DNA of 64,000 nucleotides. Source: Sulfolobales archaeon. Its GTDB lineage: Archaea > Thermoproteota > Thermoprotei_A > Sulfolobales > NBVN01. The position numbers and the translations under genes are program-made. Positions within the stretch are counted from its first letter, which is position 1, and the number at the start of each line of letters is the position of its first letter. This document shows positions 37,520 to 48,000 of this stretch, one piece after another. The notes under the pieces are model-generated. The model was not told the DNA's origin and did not search any database. It saw only the letters and a program-made list of their open reading frames with translations. The DNA lies in contig JANXEN010000002.1 in NCBI GenBank assembly GCA_025058345.1, forward strand, positions 33,679-97,678, in the 5' to 3' direction.

Positions 37520-37721
37520 CTATACCTTAACCCTCTACATATTACTCTATAAATCTATACCTAAAGAGTTAAAACGTTTTACTTCGTGGACTGCAAACTA
37601 AGATTGAGAACTATCTACTGCTTAATTTCCTACTAACGCAACATTTCATCACTAAACGTTAAAAGAGATGCTTAATTAAGTTTAAAACTTCTTCATACGA
37701 ATTAAGTAGGGTGTTTAAGTA

Positions 37722-37985
37722 TTGAGTAGTGAAGAGGGTGTTGTTTCAGTAGGTAGCAGACCGCTAAGCGATTACGTCCTCTCCATCATCATACTGCTTA
37801 ACCAAGGAGTTAAGAAAGTTGTTCTTAAAGGTAAGGGCGGCAACATAAATAAGGCTATAGCTGTCTACAACGCGGTTAAGGACAGACTTGGTGATTCTGT
37901 TAAGCTAGAAGGGGTCGAAATAGGTAGTGAGTACTACAGTAATAGGAAGCGGGTATCATACATTAAGATATCACTTACGAGGTAG
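37722..37985 (+). CDS. albA: DNA/RNA-binding protein Alba
   Basis: VSVGSRPLSDYVLSIIILLNQG...LKGKGGNINKAIAVYNAVKDRL matches the Alba fold signature. 87 aa. Confidence 0.85.
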   Translation: MSSEEGVVSVGSRPLSDYVLSIIILLNQGVKKVVLKGKGGNINKAIAVYNAVKDRLGDSVKLEGVEIGSEYYSNRKRVSYIKISLTR

Positions 37986-38136
37986 TACATGGCTTAAGAA
38001 CTTCAGTAAATTATGGGAGTTCTTCACTATCCCTAACTTCTTAGCAAATCTGACTTAATTGAGATGCTATCAGTGCTTGAAATTAGGCGTTAATTAAGAT
38101 ATTACGATTTAATATCGTTCTAGTGAATACTGTTAG

Positions 38137-38838
38137 ATGATGGAGTATTTCGTTGGTACATCAGGTTGGGTGTATTCATGGAATCCCTACGGAAGCTTTG
38201 ATTGGTATGTTAAGAACTCGGGCCTGAACTCAGTTGAACTAAATATGAGTTTTTATAGGTTCCCAACCACTCAGGTTATTCAGTCATGGGTTTCTAAGGG
38301 TTCCTCCCTCAAGTGGGTCATTAAGGTAAACAGAGCTATAACCCATACCTATAAATTCGACGGGAGAGCCTTCAAGTTTTGGGAAGCTTTTAAGGATTTA
38401 TTCACTCCACTAGATCGCTACATCAGCTTCTACTTATTCCAGATCCCACCATCTATAACCCCAAACCTCATTCAAAGAATAGAAAGGTTTATAGTTAATT
38501 CGGATCTTGGATGTAGATTTGCCCTAGAAGTAAGGAACATTAAATGGTTTGATAGGGCCTTCATTAAGTGGGCTTCTGACTTAGGAATAACTTGGGTTAG
38601 CGTAGACTCGCCTAACCTCCCCAAGGATGTCTATAAAACCAACGATATCGTATATCTCAGAATGCATGGCAGAACAACGTGGTACTATCACAACTACTCT
38701 GATGATGAGCTTGAGGAAGTAATTGGGTTGATCCTCAAAGCAGAACCTAAGAAGGTCTTCGTATTCTTCAATAACGATCATGACATGCTTGAAAATGCTA
38801 GAAAGATGTTAAGTAAGTTAAACAACCTTCATCGCTGA
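38137..38838 (+). CDS. DUF72 (UPF0759) family protein
   Basis: FVGTSGWVYSW...FYRFP...YLRMHG are characteristic DUF72 motifs. Confidence 0.8.
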   Translation: MMEYFVGTSGWVYSWNPYGSFDWYVKNSGLNSVELNMSFYRFPTTQVIQSWVSKGSSLKWVIKVNRAITHTYKFDGRAFKFWEAFKDLFTPLDRYISFYLFQIPPSITPNLIQRIERFIVNSDLGCRFALEVRNIKWFDRAFIKWASDLGITWVSVDSPNLPKDVYKTNDIVYLRMHGRTTWYYHNYSDDELEEVIGLILKAEPKKVFVFFNNDHDMLENARKMLSKLNNLHR

Positions 38839-38855
38839 GTAATTATTAGAATTAA

Positions 38856-38954
38856 TGCGGGGGGTGGGATTCGAACCCACGCAGGTCTACACCATCGGGG
38901 CTCTCACACAAGGTCCTGAGCCCGACCCCTTTGACCTAGCTCGGGCACCCCCGC
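38856..38954 (-). tRNA. tRNA-Leu (anticodon CAG) with a canonical 14-nt intron
   Basis: GCGGGGG-TG-CCC..GGG-G-TCGGG-CTCAGG[14 nt, 38901-38914]C-CCCGA-(14-nt variable arm)-GTGGG-TTCGAAT-CCCAC-CCCCCGC-A. Confidence 0.85.
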
Positions 38955-39089
38955 TCATTAAAACATATCATTACCTCAGCTTAAAGCTTATCGTTTACTG
39001 CTCTAGGCCTTAACTGTGTAGGACTTGAGTTATTTTATAGCTTTTACTACGAGTTGGTGGTTAGATTTGTTTAAATTCTTTAAGTACAT

Positions 39090-40121
39090 GTGGTACTTAT
39101 TATTACAGATATATACATAGTATTGGGGAGTTTTACGTTAAAGGTTCTTATTTTAAGTGATGAAGATGTAGCCAATATTATTGATATTGGTAGGGTCGTA
39201 GACTTAGTTGAAATCGCATTCCGAGAAAAGGCGGTTGGAAAGGTTCAGATGCCTCCCAAGACGTACCTCTTCTTTAAGAGTTATGAAGGTGATTTGAGGT
39301 CTATGCCCGCATACATTGAATCCGTTGACGTTGCAGGTGTTAAGCTAGTTAACTCACATCCATTGAATCCTACTAGATATGGCCTCCCAACAGTTATGGC
39401 CACCATAGCGCTATTCGATCCGAGGACAGGTACCCTAACCTGCATTATGGGAGGTACTTGGATTACTGGTGCTAGGACCGGTGGGGCTGCTGCAGTCGCC
39501 ACGAAGTTCTTAGCTAGGCGTGATGCAAGTACTGTTGGAATAGTTGGTGCTGGGTTCCTAGCTAAGTTCCACATTGAGGCATTTACTAAAGTTATGGATG
39601 TTGAAAAGGTCTACGTATATGACTTAGTTAGGTCTAAGGCTGAGGGGCTAGCTAAGGATGTTGGCAGTAAGTTCGACTTGAAGGTAGAGGTCTTCGATAA
39701 TCCTAGGGATGTGGTTAGGTTTGCAGATGTATTAGCTACTCTTACGCCAGCTAAGAAGCCGATAGTTATTGATGATTGGGTGTGTGAGGGAACTCATGTA
39801 AATGCTATGGGTGCTGACGCACCAGGTAAACAGGAATTGGATTGGAGGATCTTAAGGAGGGCTAAAATAGTTGTCGACGACTACGAACAGGCCGTACATA
39901 GTGGTGAGGTGAACGTACCGATTTCGCAGGGAGTACTAAATAGGAGTGACATATACGCTGAATTAGGGGAAGTAGCAGCTGGGCTTAAGAAAGGACGTGA
40001 GCGTGATAAGGAAGTGACGGTGTTTGACTCAACAGGTTTAGCCATTCAGGACATAATAGTAGCGCAATACGTCTATACAGAGGCACTTAAATTGGGGTTA
40101 GGCACTGAAATCACTCTGTAG
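39090..40121 (+). CDS. Ornithine cyclodeaminase / mu-crystallin family NAD(P) enzyme (archaeal alanine dehydrogenase-like)
   Basis: OCD-family layout with the Rossmann motif VGIVGAGFLAKFH. The true start may be TTG at ~39123, since the first ~11 codons of the track ORF look non-coding. Confidence 0.75.
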   Translation: MVLIITDIYIVLGSFTLKVLILSDEDVANIIDIGRVVDLVEIAFREKAVGKVQMPPKTYLFFKSYEGDLRSMPAYIESVDVAGVKLVNSHPLNPTRYGLPTVMATIALFDPRTGTLTCIMGGTWITGARTGGAAAVATKFLARRDASTVGIVGAGFLAKFHIEAFTKVMDVEKVYVYDLVRSKAEGLAKDVGSKFDLKVEVFDNPRDVVRFADVLATLTPAKKPIVIDDWVCEGTHVNAMGADAPGKQELDWRILRRAKIVVDDYEQAVHSGEVNVPISQGVLNRSDIYAELGEVAAGLKKGRERDKEVTVFDSTGLAIQDIIVAQYVYTEALKLGLGTEITL

Positions 40122-40124
40122 AAA

Positions 40125-41258
40125 TTACGACACTTCCTCAAAACTTATCCCAAGCTTTCTAGCGTATTCATATGCTTCCTCCATTTCCTTACTAGTGGGT
40201 CCCCTACCTATATCTCTGTACTCCTCCCTACACGTTATTACTAGATACTCCGGCCTATATTGAGCCATCACATTCACTAACGCATTACTGCAGTGCTTAG
40301 CTATCCATTCAAGTATAGGTTTTGTGCAACACTCGACATGGTTAGGCAAAACTAAATGTCTGATTATTATTGGATCACCAGCAGAACATATCGCTATGTG
40401 ATTTCTGCTAACCACGTCGAAGTAGTCCCTAACCTTAGAGAGCCTTAAACCACATGTGTTATTACCGTACTTAAAGTCAGGAAGCCATATATCTATGACG
40501 TCCATAAGTATGTTAAGGGTCTCAGCACTCATGTACATGTTACTGTTCCATAGTTGGGGGATGTTCACGTCGAGGTATTTAAGTGATTCAAGGATCGTAA
40601 GTAGGTTGGGGGTTGGCTCACCACCCACATGATTTATATTTATTGCCCCCTCCCTATGTAGGTGTTTCTGAATTAATGCAAGTTCCTTAGCGTTTACCTT
40701 AACACCATCGTAGGGCCGTAGTTGAGAGATCTCGTAGTTTTGGCAAAACACGCATCTAAAGTTACAGCTTCCGTAGAATATTGTCCCACTAGGTATTAGT
40801 GGTGCTTCTTCCCCTACATGTAGAAAGTAGGAAGAGACGTATGTTTCTAAGCCTAACCTACACATAGATCCCCTACTTTCGTATCTATTGACTCCACATC
40901 TCCACTCACATAGATAGCAGCTGCGTAGAACATCACCTATCAACTTTACCTTCACATCTAAGTACGTGACTCTAGGATTCTCTAAATTATTAAAGTCCGT
41001 CAAACTTAGTTTCCCATCCCTAATACTGCTAAACATATTCCTGAACTTGTATGACAGTTCGTTGTGTATGCCTATGAGTTCCTCGAAGCTATATCCATCA
41101 AGTCCTGAATCACTTAAACCTACTTTCTTACATATTAAGTACTTAGCAGGTTTCCACCCATTCATAACTTCATAATACCATCTAAGTTTCTCTAAAACTT
41201 TACCGCTCCATATCCCTATAGCGTCCGGCCTCAACAACCTCCAATTAAACCTAATCAT
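40125..41258 (-). CDS. Radical SAM protein, PflX-like putative activase
   Basis: CNFRCVFCQNYEIS cluster motif and GGEPTP. Confidence 0.75.
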   Translation of the reverse strand: MIRFNWRLLRPDAIGIWSGKVLEKLRWYYEVMNGWKPAKYLICKKVGLSDSGLDGYSFEELIGIHNELSYKFRNMFSSIRDGKLSLTDFNNLENPRVTYLDVKVKLIGDVLRSCYLCEWRCGVNRYESRGSMCRLGLETYVSSYFLHVGEEAPLIPSGTIFYGSCNFRCVFCQNYEISQLRPYDGVKVNAKELALIQKHLHREGAININHVGGEPTPNLLTILESLKYLDVNIPQLWNSNMYMSAETLNILMDVIDIWLPDFKYGNNTCGLRLSKVRDYFDVVSRNHIAICSAGDPIIIRHLVLPNHVECCTKPILEWIAKHCSNALVNVMAQYRPEYLVITCREEYRDIGRGPTSKEMEEAYEYARKLGISFEEVS

Positions 41259-41259
41259 A

Positions 41260-41631
41260 CTAACTAATTAATAGGTCATTTATAATATAATTTTTAATGA
41301 CTTTACCGTTCCTTACTTCCACACCTTCAACCTTCAATAATCTCTCCTTAAAATTCGACGAATTACGCCCAGCTAAGGAATACCCACCTAACTTACCGTC
41401 GCTCATAACTACTCTATGGCAAGGAATTACTATAGGTCTATCATTGTTTTTCAGTAGAAGACCTACATACCTTGGATGAATACCTAACAACTTACCTAGG
41501 GAATTGTAGGTGGTCACTTTCCCAGAGGGTATTAAATGAAGCAATGCATAGAATACTTCATTAAATACTTCACGTTTATTTAACGCCTTCTTAATCTTAC
41601 CGCTAGAAGTTATTACGAGTACGTTAACCAC
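41260..41631 (-). CDS. ogt: MGMT-family (O6-alkylguanine-DNA alkyltransferase C-domain only) protein
   Basis: VIPCHRVV active-site motif with the Cys retained. Only 123 aa, so there is no N-terminal domain. Confidence 0.75.
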   Translation of the reverse strand: MVNVLVITSSGKIKKALNKREVFNEVFYALLHLIPSGKVTTYNSLGKLLGIHPRYVGLLLKNNDRPIVIPCHRVVMSDGKLGGYSLAGRNSSNFKERLLKVEGVEVRNGKVIKNYIINDLLIS

Positions 41632-41654
41632 TGTTGCTGCAGACCTCTATGTAG

Positions 41655-41867
41655 TTAGGGCTGTATTTGTTTCTTAGGCCTTATCGTTATTGTACCTCTC
41701 TCCTCATCCCTCTCAACTATGAATTCCATACCGTACTTCTCAACAACGCTTTTCGGGATGTAGAGATTTAAGGGTAGTGTGTAATATGTGTATGTGTACA
41801 CCTTATCTTTAACTGTCTTCCTTCCAATGACCTTACGAATAGTCACTTCCCTACTAGTTATAGTCAT
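41655..41867 (-). CDS. Small AbrB/SpoVT-like DNA-binding protein (tentative)
   Basis: 70 aa. ...LNLYIPKSVVEKYGMEFIVERDEERGTITIRP resembles a swapped-hairpin AbrB motif. Confidence 0.4.
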   Translation of the reverse strand: MTITSREVTIRKVIGRKTVKDKVYTYTYYTLPLNLYIPKSVVEKYGMEFIVERDEERGTITIRPKKQIQP

Positions 41868-41918
41868 TAAATCACCTGGTCTTATTATGGAATCATAACT
41901 TAAATCTTTTTCTATACA

Positions 41919-43442
41919 TTAGCTAAATAATGGGTAGTCCTGCAGGTAGCTCCTCCCTAACTTTAAAGATATCTCCGCCTTACATAATTCATAACCAAGG
42001 TAGGAGTAATGATCTTCAGACAACGTAGGGAAATGTTTGGAGATCACTCGCCATAGCGAAGTAGCTTTATCACCAACATATCTCTTCAAACACTCATCTG
42101 TTTTTGCGTCGTGAACATCTACGACGATGGTTTTACGGACCTCATCCACGTATATCTTGAAGTAATACTCGTCATCAATTTTCGGAGGGACTGCCTCAGA
42201 TACTACATGTGTATCTACAGTTACTTCAGGTATCCTTGCACCTCTACCTCTCTTCTCCTTAACTATGAGTAAATCAACACCGACATCTATTGGAGGTGAT
42301 TTCCTAAAATATGCTCTGTAAACCATTTCACGCGCTTTTACCGCCTCAACTAAAGAATTCACGCTCTTCCTACTCTCCTCTGTAATTAGGAGGACACTAA
42401 CACCTAGTTCCATAGCCATCGAAGTTAGTAGAGCTATAACTGAATGAGTATCAACATCAAATAATTCGTAAACGTTTGAAAGACCCATCATTATTGGGTA
42501 ATTAAACTCTTTAGATACGTTGTAGTAATTTACTAAACTTTCTGTAAATCCTAGTTGAAGCGGTTTTAATAAGGGGTCTATAATTATTTTAGAGAAACCT
42601 GATTTAACTGCCTCATTAACTGCTTCCCTAATCGATCTGCTATAGTCTACGGAAGTCCCGGCAGCAGGTATGATCACGAGAGGTTTATCTCTATAATCAC
42701 TGAGTAAGTGAATGTTATTTAGATCTACGTTCATTATTATGTCAGGATCTACCTCAAGGTAATCAATTAGATCTTCGTGTTGAACATCAATACCTACAGG
42801 TCGACCCAGATGTGATTTAACTTCCTGGAAAAGCTTCTTCAGAGTATTTAAGGAGACTCTATGATTTACAGGTAATCCAACCACAACTAAATCTGCACCC
42901 TGTTTAGACGCCTTCTTAATACGATCTAATACCTTCGCATAATCACCTTCATCCCTCATCACTACCTCATACATGAGACATATAGGTGGAGGCCTCAATG
43001 GAATCTTTAAACCACTTAAGTCGAAACCCTGTTTCAATTCAATTAAATAATTGAATTCACTTCCATATTTAGTCGCCAAGTAATCCTTAATTATATCATC
43101 TGCTGATTGAGTGGTTGAGAACTTAACACCAGATTCCAGAAACTTTATGACGTCCGGTAAATCACCTAAGTACTTAGGTCCCTTAATAACTTCAGTCCCA
43201 ACAACATTTTTCAATATTGATGCATCACCTATTGCTAATCCAGGTACTATAACGTAGTCGTACCTCTCGCTTACTTTACCGGAGAGTTCCTCAGCTATAT
43301 AAGATGTAGTCATTAAAGATGCGACTGGGTGACTTAACTTACACACATCAATTTCATGACCTTTAATCTCCTTAATCACATCCTTCGCCAATTCATAGGC
43401 GGATGAGCTAGTCACTACTAAGATCTTCAAATACCTTATCAC
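41919..43442 (-). CDS. Archaeal dihydropteroate synthase-related protein (MJ0301-like), tentative
   Basis: ~507 aa. The N-terminus ILVVTSSSAYELAKDVIKEIKG and a central TIM-barrel-like pterin-binding-type region recall the archaeal DHPS-related family. Assigned from memory only. Confidence 0.45.
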   Translation of the reverse strand: MIRYLKILVVTSSSAYELAKDVIKEIKGHEIDVCKLSHPVASLMTTSYIAEELSGKVSERYDYVIVPGLAIGDASILKNVVGTEVIKGPKYLGDLPDVIKFLESGVKFSTTQSADDIIKDYLATKYGSEFNYLIELKQGFDLSGLKIPLRPPPICLMYEVVMRDEGDYAKVLDRIKKASKQGADLVVVGLPVNHRVSLNTLKKLFQEVKSHLGRPVGIDVQHEDLIDYLEVDPDIIMNVDLNNIHLLSDYRDKPLVIIPAAGTSVDYSRSIREAVNEAVKSGFSKIIIDPLLKPLQLGFTESLVNYYNVSKEFNYPIMMGLSNVYELFDVDTHSVIALLTSMAMELGVSVLLITEESRKSVNSLVEAVKAREMVYRAYFRKSPPIDVGVDLLIVKEKRGRGARIPEVTVDTHVVSEAVPPKIDDEYYFKIYVDEVRKTIVVDVHDAKTDECLKRYVGDKATSLWRVISKHFPTLSEDHYSYLGYELCKAEISLKLGRSYLQDYPLFS

Positions 43443-43486
43443 CTACCACCTCATCAAGACGTTGATGCGGATAAAAATTATTTAAG

Positions 43487-43795
43487 TTGATCTTCAATAT
43501 CCTCATACGGAATCGATGCGGTATGAGGTCACTCCAACTGCTTGAATTAGAGGGGTTAATACTTAATGGGTTTGTAGCTCATTTAGAGGTCGTTGACTGC
43601 GAACCATATAGAGGTAGTAGGCTTTCTAAGTTGGTCGGTAAATTAAGAGATGGTACGGATTTTAGTACTGGCTGTTACAGCCAATCAAGGCTGAGAAGTA
43701 TTTACTTGCTATACGAGCATTATAGAAATAAAAGCTTGAGTGTAGAGTTAAGTGATGAAGCTGTGATGAGTGGTATTACATATGATGTGGAGTAA
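43487..43795 (+). CDS. Hypothetical ORF (doubtful)
   Basis: 102-aa ORF without motifs. Its 3' end is overlapped by a C/D-box sRNA candidate. Confidence 0.25.
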   Translation: MIFNILIRNRCGMRSLQLLELEGLILNGFVAHLEVVDCEPYRGSRLSKLVGKLRDGTDFSTGCYSQSRLRSIYLLYEHYRNKSLSVELSDEAVMSGITYDVE

Positions 43796-43817
43796 TGATT
43801 TAGACACCAGATTCTGA
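43763..43817 (+). ncRNA. C/D-box sRNA candidate
   Basis: GTGATGA-GTGGTATTACAT-ATGA-TGTGGAGTA-ATGATTT-AGACACCAGATT-CTGA. This is C box, 12-nt guide, D'-like, spacer, C'-like, 12-nt guide, D box. 55 nt. Confidence 0.5.
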
Positions 43818-43899
43818 GTTATTTAAATATTTTAAATATTGTAGAACATGCTAACATTTATTAACCCTGAAGTAATATCCTTAAAAACGTGAAGTAGTA

Positions 43900-44193
43900 A
43901 TGAAGTTTTGTCCTAGATGCGGTACTTTGATGCTTCCGAAGAAGGAGGGTTCTAAGGAGTCTGTTAAATGCCCTAAGTGTGGTTATGAGGAGTCTTTAAG
44001 GGGTAAGGAAGGATATAAGGTATCAAGGACTGCTGGTAAGGAAGTAAAGGTAAAGACGACGTCTATTGTGAGTGAGGGAGGTAGAAAGATAAGGTCTAAA
44101 GAGGAATTTGAGCAGGAGAAAGAGGAGTATTACGAGGTATTCCTAGATCTTATGCATGAGGAGGAAGGCGGTGGCGGAGAAAGTGGTGAATAA
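43900..44193 (+). CDS. Zinc-ribbon protein (RpoM/TFS N-terminal-like) with an acidic Gly-rich tail
   Basis: MKFCPRCGTLMLP...CPKCGYEE ribbon and a C-terminal ...HEEEGGGGESGE. Confidence 0.55.
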   Translation: MKFCPRCGTLMLPKKEGSKESVKCPKCGYEESLRGKEGYKVSRTAGKEVKVKTTSIVSEGGRKIRSKEEFEQEKEEYYEVFLDLMHEEEGGGGESGE

Positions 44194-44252
44194 ACTTATT
44201 ATTAACTCTGTTAACGTTTTAAGCTATCTGTAATAATTCTAAAGGTCATCTA

Positions 44253-44948
44253 GTGATGGATGCTGAGATAATAAAGTTAGTGAACGTTAGTAAGGTATAC
44301 GTGAGTGCTGGTGGTGTTCAGACGTGGGCCCTCAGAGGTGTGAATCTAGTTATACGTAGAGGTGAGTTCATCTCTATCATGGGCCCATCAGGACATGGTA
44401 AAACAACGTTGCTATACATGATCGGTACGTTGGAGAAACCTACTTCAGGTAAGGTATTTATAGATGGTTATGACACTACCGTGATGAGTGATGAGGAGCT
44501 ATCTAGATTAAGGAATAAGAAGATAGGTTTTGTTTTCCAGCAGTATAACTTAATTAATAGAATGACAGTTGAGGAAAACGTTGAGTTACCTTTAATTAAG
44601 CTGGGCTTACCTCGCAGTAAGAGGAAGGAGTTAGTTGAAGAGTCACTTCTTAAGGTTGGTTGCGAGCTATCTTGGCTGAAGAAAAGACCGATACAGCTAA
44701 GTGGAGGTCAACAGCAGAGGGTCGCCATTGCTAGGGCATTAGTTGCGAATCCGCAAATAATACTGTGTGATGAGCCTACCGGTGCATTGGACAGTAAATC
44801 CGCTGAAGTAGTGCTTGATATACTGAGGAAACTGAACATGTTGGGACATACTATCATTATGGTGACGCATGACGCAAACGTAGCATCTATAGCAAAGAAA
44901 ATTCTTCTAATTCGTGATGGAAATATAGTGGGTGAAAAGATAATTTAA
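44253..44948 (+). CDS. ABC transporter ATP-binding protein (MacB/LolD-like, COG1136 type)
   Basis: Walker A GPSGHGKTT, signature LSGGQQQRVAIARAL, Walker B ILCDEPTGALD, H-loop VTHD. Confidence 0.92.
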   Translation: MMDAEIIKLVNVSKVYVSAGGVQTWALRGVNLVIRRGEFISIMGPSGHGKTTLLYMIGTLEKPTSGKVFIDGYDTTVMSDEELSRLRNKKIGFVFQQYNLINRMTVEENVELPLIKLGLPRSKRKELVEESLLKVGCELSWLKKRPIQLSGGQQQRVAIARALVANPQIILCDEPTGALDSKSAEVVLDILRKLNMLGHTIIMVTHDANVASIAKKILLIRDGNIVGEKII

Positions 44949-45024
44949 CTGCCTGAGGATGTACCGAACGCTGCATTTATATTAGTTTTTATACCGAATC
45001 GATCAGAGGTATAGGGTAATATTA

Positions 45025-48000
45025 ATGTATAGTTCACCGTATATGCGTCTACTGACCTCGACAGTGTTTATCTGTATTATCCTACTTAATATCATCCAAC
45101 CACTTAACCTATTCATTAACGTTTCGGCTCAATCCCTAGACTTTGAATTGGTGGGGTATGGTTGGAGGACGCCCTCAGATCCTGAGAGGGTTTATCCAGG
45201 ATCTTCTAAAGTTAGTTACTACGTATCTTTGATGTATACCGGTGGTAGTAGGGTTAGTAAGTTATATGCCGAGCTATACCTACCTAGGGGCATAACAACC
45301 TTTTCAGAAGGTTTTAACGTAGTCTATAGTGAATTTGATGTAACCTTTGATAAATATGACACCGTCACATTGGACTTCCCAAATCTAAACATTTCCTACA
45401 GTTTGAAGCCCGGCGTATATAGAGCGGAGCTCAGGTTTACGTACATCGTAGCTGGCGGCATCTCCTACACCGACACTATTTATGTGCCTATGGTAGTTAA
45501 TGACTTGCCTCAGCAACCTTTGGAAATTGTTGATTACTTCTGGGCTACTAAGGATGGATTACGCAGGACTGTAGTTCCTGGACTTAGAGATCTTGACATA
45601 GTTTTCTATTTTAGGGTGAAGGATGATGTAGTTATACGTAACATCTACGCTACTTTACACCTACCCGAAGGGTTTAGCTGTGGAGGGCTGCAAAACTCAA
45701 CCTCGGTTGCTCATAATCTTCGATACGTTAATGGCGACCTCATAGAGCTTAGGTTCAGTAGCATTAACGTTGGTGAGGAGCTCCTAACTAATGTTTTCAA
45801 CCTCACCCTACACATTAACTCCCAGTTAGATTTGTACGGACTAACTGCTAATGTAACTCAGGCCTTCAGTGTTACCTCACACATCAGCTATGACGAGATC
45901 AGGATCTTAGATTTAGTGAGCTACTACTGGGGTGACTCTGAACCAATACCTGTCTACCCCAACACCTCGAAGGCATCAATGTCTATTACTTTAGTAAACG
46001 TGGGTGTAGACTCTATTTACGGTTTGATCGGACGTCTGTATTTACCTAACGGCTTTAAACACATATATGGTGGTAGGTTAGTCAATTCCTCATACGCAAG
46101 TAGGTTAAGCCCAGGTAGTACAGCTACATTAGTTTTCAGTGAGATCTATTTAGAATCTAATGTCAGTCCAGGCGAGTACTTATTTAAGTTGACGGTTGAG
46201 TATTTCGTAGATCTTGGAGGCAGTTCTTTAAGAGTTATACAGGAGTTTAACATAACTACGAATGTTTCAAATCCTGACGACCCTATTTCTGTCGTCGGGA
46301 TTCGTTGGAATAATAATTATGGGGTAGCCTTCCCAGGAAGTAGGGAGGAGTTAGAGGTCATTCTCTCTAATTGGTATGAATACGCTATAGATCTCGTTGA
46401 GCCGAATGCCTATCTTCCAGGGGACCTTAATTTACTTAGTGTTGGAGGAGATTGCTTTAATGGCATAGCTCCCTACTCTACCTGCTCCTTAAGGCTAGTT
46501 ATAGATATCCCTAGCGATGTGAAGCCAGGTCAATACGAACTTAGTATCTACCTAAAGTATTTGATTAGGGTTGGGAGTTCTGATGTATTGAGGTATCGGT
46601 CATTTACGCATCGGCTTAAAGTATGGGATCCCGAAATAGTTGGTGCTAAATTAATAACTACTACGGTATTTTGGGGTGACAGCGCAAACCCCAGGGAGGC
46701 GTTACCTGGCAATAAGCTAATTCCGTTAAATATAGAGTTAGTAAATGTTGGTAGGGACGCAGCTACTGGAGTGGTTGCCGATATCGAACTACCCCAAGGA
46801 TTTAAGTTATCATACCCCGAAGGTAGAGCCTCATGTAACATAGTTGATAGAGGAGGGAGCTGTCTTTTAAGGTATCAAGTAAATATAGACCCATCCTTGA
46901 AGCCAGGTACATACACTGCCAAACTAGTAGTAAGGTATGTAACTTACTTCAACTCAGCGAACCTAAGCAAGTTAGATTCCTTCAACATAAATGTCTCAGT
47001 AAGTGAATACCCTAGAGAATTAAGGCTACATATAGTGGAAGTAAACTGGAGTAATAACCTACCTGCATATCCTGGTGATGAGGCCTTACTAACTGTTAGA
47101 GCTGCGAACTTAGGTCCCCACGCGATGTTTTCAATCACATCAAAGTTGAGCTTACCTGAAGGCTTTACATGCGACGATGAGAGAGTTTGCGAGCATTATT
47201 TCCCAGGACCCTTACAGCAGTATCAGCAGTTTAACTCATCATTTAGGATTTCGATAAGTAGAGGAGTTAAGCCTGGAATATACCTAGGTAGTTTAACCTT
47301 TGAATACATCGTCCAGACAGGCGGTTACGGGATTAGATTAATTAACACCTACGTAATTAAAATCCGCGTAAGCGATTTATCCAATTCCATTAAGCTAGTA
47401 GGTATTTACTGGGTAAACACTACACCTTCTAAGGGAGATGTAGGGTTAATGAGGGTCGTCCTACGATGTGATGAAATACCTAATTTATCCGGTATGGTTT
47501 TGAAGTTCCACCTACCTGACGGCATCGTAGCTCTCCCGAACAACTCATCAATCATTTCCATACCGTACTACCAGCAACTTCAGTTCGTAGGTATTCCCTA
47601 CATCGGTGGGTTACCACCGCAACTAGTTATGCAGGGAGGAACAGCTAAAGGAGATATGGTGTATGTTGACTTACCAGTTAGATTCCTAGAGTTGCCTCAA
47701 GACCCTACAATCAACATCACTGTTGAATTCCTAGACCACTGGGGTTCACTGCAGGAAGTCCAAATGAAAACAACCATACCGCTTTTAGGCAAGTCACGAG
47801 TATTAGCTGTAGAGCCCATCGAAAACGTAATAACTGCTGGTAAACTGGTTAGTGAAATTAAGTTTAAGTTTACAAATCTAGGTGACTCACAGATATATAA
47901 TTTAGTGGTATATGCTTTATCCCCGTATGCCGGTATAAGTATTGCAGACCCTGTTAAGTTTGTTGATGTTGTTGGAGGCGGTAGTTCAACAGCTCTATCG

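Noticed and set aside
37590-37652. Consensus C box (GTGATGA, minus strand) upstream of alba
   Set aside because: No CTGA D box or C'/D' pair occurs at the required spacing downstream, so an isolated heptamer is expected by chance.
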